A stretch of 63,379 nt of DNA, counting the filler, from Craspedostauros australis (taxonomy: Eukaryota): NCBI GenBank assembly GCA_030167865.1. It is 8 parts of 8 records of this genome, joined end to end, with 100 filler letters (N's around TTAATTAATTAA, not from the genome) between each part and the next. Parts side by side here need not be neighbours in the genome. Positions count along the whole stretch, not along the records: positions 47,873 to 62,178 come from JALAGF010001354.1; positions 62,279 to 63,379 come from JALAGF010001359.1; 6 more parts are not named here. One strand, given 5' to 3'. Of this stretch, positions 58,457-63,379 are shown in pieces; position 1 is the stretch's first letter, and every line of letters starts with the position of its first letter. Below the pieces are notes generated by a model. It was not told where the DNA came from. It worked only from the letters and a program-made list of their open reading frames with translations, and did not search any database. The position numbers and the translations under genes are program-made.

Positions 58457-59466
58457 CTAGTCGTGACCCATTCGCTGTCGGGCTGTGGCCAGCGCCTTGT
58501 CGGCGTCGAACGCTGGATAGCCATTACCGAGTTCGATCTGGGTGATGACCACCACTGCATGGAACACTGTGTGATGCTTGTCCACATGGTGACGCCACTT
58601 TTGTCCCAGACAGCCCCATTGCTTCAATCTGCCGTTAATCGTTTCGTGGCGAGCACGAAGAATGCCATCCGCTTTGTACGTGGGAGGAAACACTTTGTCA
58701 TCTCCTCTGTAGCCGTTGTCAGCAATCACAACCTCGTCTGCCCGTATTGCTTGTTTAAGCTCAGAGCGGAAGATGGCCAGGTCGTTCATGTATCCACACG
58801 GAAAGGGGCCGTTCACCCAAACAATGTCTCCTCTACTGATGGAAACAGCAACTTCATACCTCACACCAGCAGCTTTGAACTTGTGCGAGTACCACACTCT
58901 GTTGAATGGTTTTGGGTCGTTAGTGCGAAAGTCCGTGCCATCTACAGTTAAGAAAGCACTTCCATCTCTGTCTGCATCAATGAAGCGATTGTCTAGGTCG
59001 ATCTGTAGGCAAGCAAGATGGATACGAGCAGTCACGAATGGAAATTGTGAGTGAGTCGTGGTAGGCGAAAAAAAGAGAGCTCGCATTTTTTGGGGTTCTC
59101 ATGTGCTGTACTTACAATGTCGTGGCGCAACTCTGCCACAGCTCGGGCCATGGCCCACGCCCACTTGCGGAAAGTTTTCGCGTCGGTGTCCATCATCCGC
59201 GCCACCACTGTCTCCGCCAAATACATTCGGAGGAACGCGCACATCCAAAGGAGGTGCTTCGGCTTCGCATCGAAAGGGAGAAGACCTGTGCCAATCAGGT
59301 CTTCCCAGAGGAGGTGAGTGATGTATGGGTCAGTGCCAAACATCCCGCGAAACTCTCGCAACTGTGTATCGTTGAGCACGTTGGCATCATGACAATCCAG
59401 TTCGCGTCGCATGAGCGCAAAGCCTTCCACGGCGAATTCACCTGCGTGCCTGTCCTCCAGTTCCAT
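58457..59466 (-). mobile_element. PIF/Harbinger-ISL2EU-like DDE transposase; exons 59466-59116 and 59002-58457
   Basis: FRGMFG...KHLLWMCAFLRMY...KTFRKW (HTH); TVDGTDF, WYSHKF, IVWVNGPFPCG..ND, IADNGYRG, RARHETINGRLK (DDE). Phase-0 GT-AG intron. Confidence 0.85.
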
Positions 59467-60259
59467 GCTTGTGGGTTTGTGCGAGCGCTGATTCGACTAC
59501 GTGGAGTCAAAGTTCGTGCGGATTTCCACGAAGACAACATTTTGTGAAGTGACAGCAACATTGGCAAGTTGAGTGGTCAAGGAGGAAGTGGCTGCTTGTA
59601 TCGTAGGCTGCCGATGCCCATGTAGTCTACAAATTAGCTCCTCCAGTTGCCAACTCCAAGCCTGTATGGCATGCGATGTATAGCCATGCTCGACCCTCCC
59701 ATGACTTCGTTTGCCACCGATGATGTTGGATGTCCCACTTGATGTTATCCGTCTCTTGCTGTGTGGCTTACAAGAAGGAGAGATGCTGGCAGTAGAAAAG
59801 CAGGACATCTAGGCATTCACGATCATCGGGGGCATTGGACTGTTTGACCCTCCATGACTACAGCAATGAGCGCCTAGACAAGCGTGCTTATATAGTTGAC
59901 CGGAATGCAATGTTGATGACCCACGTGCTCATACGCAATGAAAGACTTCTAGTATGGGAAATGGTGGACTCCTCAACCAAAGTCCGCTGTCGGCTTGCTC
60001 GTCTTGTTCCATCGACACATGGCGAACAAGCACCGTCAGTCCTTGGGACTCTTGCAGCTTGGCGCGCCACCTACAAACGACACAACACGAACAGAGACGG
60101 TGGCAACGAATCTGTACGGCGGCACATTGGCGCCACTCAATGCCAGCACATCGGCGCCTCTCCCCCGATACGCAACGCAATTCGCGGCCTTCGCCAACTT
60201 GGAAAGTTCCATGTGGGATGTGGAAATCTGCCCCGTGAGTTCCAAATAATTGTGGGCCC

Positions 60260-60660
60260 CTCGGTATTGCCAATTTAATTTAAATTATAATTCCGGCCCT
60301 TGCTCCCTAGCATTCCGGCCCAAAAAGCGAAATATCTCACACTTCCGTCGTCTTGAGATGAAGAATACGCTGAGAATTCAAAATTAATTTAAATTATAAT
60401 TCCACCCGGAATTGTAATGAGAATTGTTTGTTTTGGGTCGAAAAATTTCATCGTCATGTTCACCACGAGAATGCACGGAGAATACGCTGAGAGTTAAAAA
60501 ATTATGGAAAGTACACTTGTAATATTTTGGAATGGACGAAACATTTCATCCGTCGTGTTCATATGAATCATACGTTAACAGTTAAAAATGTATGAATAGT
60601 ACAATTTCACCCGGTATTGCAATTGTAATAATTCGGGATGGACGAAACATTTCGGGAACA
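60260..60660. repeat. AT-rich interval with paired short repeats between the divergent transposon genes
   Basis: TTAATTTAAATTATAATTCC x2 (60275, 60384), GAATACGCTGAGA x2, ATGGACGAAACATTTC x2, CACCCGG.ATTG x2. Confidence 0.7.
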
Positions 60661-60951
60661 ATACAGCGTGATTTGCTGTGACTTTCGGAGGCGCTCTCGT
60701 AGAGACGCGCCTAAATGCTGTCGTGTAACGCGCTATCATGTATGCGGGACAGCGCCGAAACAGGAAGTTCCCGCCACGAAGTCTGTTACATAGAGGCAGG
60801 ACTTTAATAGCTCTGCTGTTCGTATGGACTACTACTACTACAAGGCTGGCCGTTTCAATGGTTTGCAACAAGACATCAGGATGCACTGCAAGAGTGTGGT
60901 TGGGAGGATGTTACCACCTGTCGTTTCACAGACCAACACACAAAAAGCAAC

Positions 60952-62178
60952 ATGGCCAAACCCAAACGTTGGGTGTATAGCAGCGCCCAAGTGCAAGAGC
61001 TCAAAAACCAAATCCGGAGTGAAACCATCAAACCCGAGTGGAGTGCAAAAGAGGTGTGGGAGAGGTCCGAAACAGCACGGCTGTTCATCTGGAGCGAATT
61101 CCCTCGGAATCTGTCGAATCTTCGTGCCAAGGTCCGCCAGGAACAGAGTAAGTACCTTGAATCGATGCAGACAAACATGACTTGCTTGACTACTGTATGC
61201 GTGACTCATAATTTGTGACTCATAATTTGTGACTCGTGATTGGATTGTTTCAGTCAGGAAAGATCCCAACGAATCTCCGACCGTTTCTGAGCTTGCTGCG
61301 AACGCAAAAACGATTCGAGAAGCTTCTCGAATGATCCGAACTGACATCGACCTAACCGAGGTAGACAACAACAACGCAACAAAGCCATCACCACCACCGC
61401 CAAAACAAACAACCACCACCATCACCCTTCCACACCACCCACCACCAGCCACGACCAAGATGACTCCTTCACCACCAGTCGCCACAACTGACGCCGATGT
61501 CATGAATTGGCTCGACGCCAACAACAAACACGAACTTCCAGTCACTCGCACTTTCTACCGCAACAACAATGGTGAACGCGTCATTGATCTTGCGTTTGAA
61601 CTCACCGGTGGCACTTGCCACAAAGACCTTCGTGTTCATGTCGCGCCTGGCGGCATGTCTGTTGTGCTTGAAGTGACCCAAAACGCTGCTCTTGCGAACA
61701 TGGAACTTCTGCATGACCATTTGCGCGATGACTTCACACTTGCCAACGGACAGTGGGTGTCGCCTTTCATCGACGAGAAGGCACGTGCGGATGCTACCAT
61801 GAAGTCATTGTCTCGCATGAAACAGCGCGACGGAGCACCGGTGCGAACTCAGGTCGTTAATTTGCCGTTTGCTGTGACAAATCGATGGGAACGCGCGACA
61901 GATGGTGTTCTCAACGGCATCAACTACTTGGAACTTGAGGTTCAGACAAACGACAAACAAGGGGTGGTAAGGGCGCCTGTTCTAATCGTGCGCGTTGTGG
62001 AACAGAACAGTTCTCATCCCATCGTTTCTTTTGTTCCACAAGCTCGTTCTACACATAAGCGCACTGTCATCGCTGGCTTGTCGCTGGTTGGGGCGACTAC
62101 GCCCCAATCCCGGCTTGACCTCAACACGCGCAAAACATGTGTGCCCTCCCGTTGCGATGACTCCAGCATTGGAACCGC
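60952..62178 (+). CDS. Probable transposon accessory protein (helical Myb/HTH-like N-terminus, P/T linker, beta-rich domain); exons 60952-61147 and 61254 to contig end
   Basis: WVYSSAQVQELKNQIRSETIKPEWSAKEVW...FPRNLSNLR; GTAAGT...CAG phase-1 intron joins in frame; divergent from the transposase. Confidence 0.55.
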
Positions 62179-62278
62179 NNNNNNNNNNNNNNNNNNNNNN
62201 NNNNNNNNNNNNNNNNNNNNNNTTAATTAATTAANNNNNNNNNNNNNNNNNNNNNNNNNNNNNNNNNNNNNNNNNNNN

Positions 62279-63379
62279 GCCAATCTGGAGGGTACACACA
62301 TGCGAGCTGGATACCTACCATTCACCTTCGGCCCATCCATTGGCAAGGGTGCACTCCAGATGGATATTGGGAGGAAGGGGCCAAGGATGGTGCATAGCAC
62401 TGTCACCAACAGCATTGGCAAACAACAATTGACATGCTATGGATACCGACTCAACGAACAAACTGTACTTGCACTCTCCACAAGATCAAGTGGCTTCGAG
62501 TGGGACCTCACCCTCACCAACGCCAGTGACCAACAAAAGTACCAAGACATGGTGGAGGACAAGTATGGGAGCAATCCAAGATCCCCACACTACCCACACT
62601 TCTTCCAAACATGCACTGTCAATCCAACACGCTCGTCGGCAGTCAGAGCTGCCATATCCCAAGCTCCCCTTGGCACAACCGGTGTTGTGGCTGCCGCATC
62701 CAAGAATGTGAAACAGCGTTGGGCAGATATGGTGTGGGATCTGCCTGTGGATGGACTCACCTGTGGCCAGGGTGACCATCTGTAGTTCGTCCACCGCCGC
62801 TTCACGTTCATGAGCACCTCCACCCACAGCATGATACAGAAGGTGCTTGAAAGTGGAGAGTGGTGCAACACCGACAACGCCACCATATTCAATCAAACTG
62901 CATGGGAGTGCATTGGCTGCTACTTGGGATATGACGTGCTTGGTCGGAAGGCGAAGTACCACCATGCGTTGCAAGCAGAAAAAGCGAGATTGTGCGCACT
63001 TGATTTATACTCCAAACTCACATCTCCCACCTTCGATTCCCGTCATGTTGAAATTGCACTTCTCTCCTCTCTCCGCGACAATGCCCCTGAAGAGGATGCC
63101 TTCCCTGACAAAGAGTTCATCAAACTCATGGTTATGTTTTACTGCAGCAAGCCCCAGCGAACCAGAGCCACACAATGCAAAATGCTCCGCACCATCCTCG
63201 CTGATGACAACAAGGTTTGACGGCGATTCGTGGCTGTCAGCGACGCCTCCCTCAAGAAAGACCTCAAAGCTCGTCTCCCCAACACCAACACAACAAAAAT
63301 GCCACGAGAGAAGGTTGTGGAGAGATTGGTTGCCCTGGCGATGAAGGAGATCGAGCAGGAGCCCGACCATCCATTCAGT
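62279..63379 (+). pseudogene. Degenerate long ORF of unknown, possibly TE, origin
   Basis: Same-frame ORFs (62300-62785, 62810-63220) separated by single in-frame stops. Confidence 0.35.

Noticed and set aside
57430..60260. Terminal inverted repeats bracketing the transposase alone
   Set aside because: Only weak scattered similarity between ~57600 and ~60230; no convincing TIR pair or TSD.
61200..61238. GTGACTCATAATTT tandem copies (and GCATAACGTGGCTTGTTC x2 at ~50825-50860) as CRISPR-like or regulatory arrays
   Set aside because: Only 2-3 spacerless copies in an intron or 3' region; ordinary slippage duplications. No CRISPR, tRNA or rRNA was recognised in the window.

Overview
Eukaryotic genomic DNA, most likely a diatom: it has GT-AG introns, DUF6824 and helicase-associated (HA) domain genes, a type-II LRR membrane protein and an Ambal-type retrotransposon. 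The window is eight contigs joined by artificial N-TTAATTAATTAA-N linkers, so adjacency across linkers means nothing. Host genes include Rsm22/METTL17-like (frameshifted), an ankyrin protein, a 5-exon EHD, a RING-H2 ligase, a SelM/SelF-like selenoprotein, GPR89/GPHR, D-glutamate cyclase-like, NusG-like/KOW-SAP, DUF6824, a double-hotdog thioesterase, SPRY, a proline iminopeptidase-like hydrolase, HA, TPR and LRR proteins. Mobile DNA includes an Ambal-like non-LTR element carrying a nested LTR-like insertion with a 5-bp TSD, two copies of another LTR end, an ORF with an RNase H1 hybrid-binding domain, and a PIF/Harbinger-ISL2EU-like transposase with a divergent accessory gene. The most notable locus is the selenoprotein gene (minus strand, ~11356-12589). 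It has three in-frame UGA codons, each preceded by the identical GGT GGG, a 17-bp stem-loop starting at +8 after the second UGA, and two non-canonical SECIS-like hairpins. This suggests (inference) a membrane-spanning multi-Sec protein with Sec on both sides of the membrane. All family calls come from reading motifs by eye; no searches or folding programs were run.
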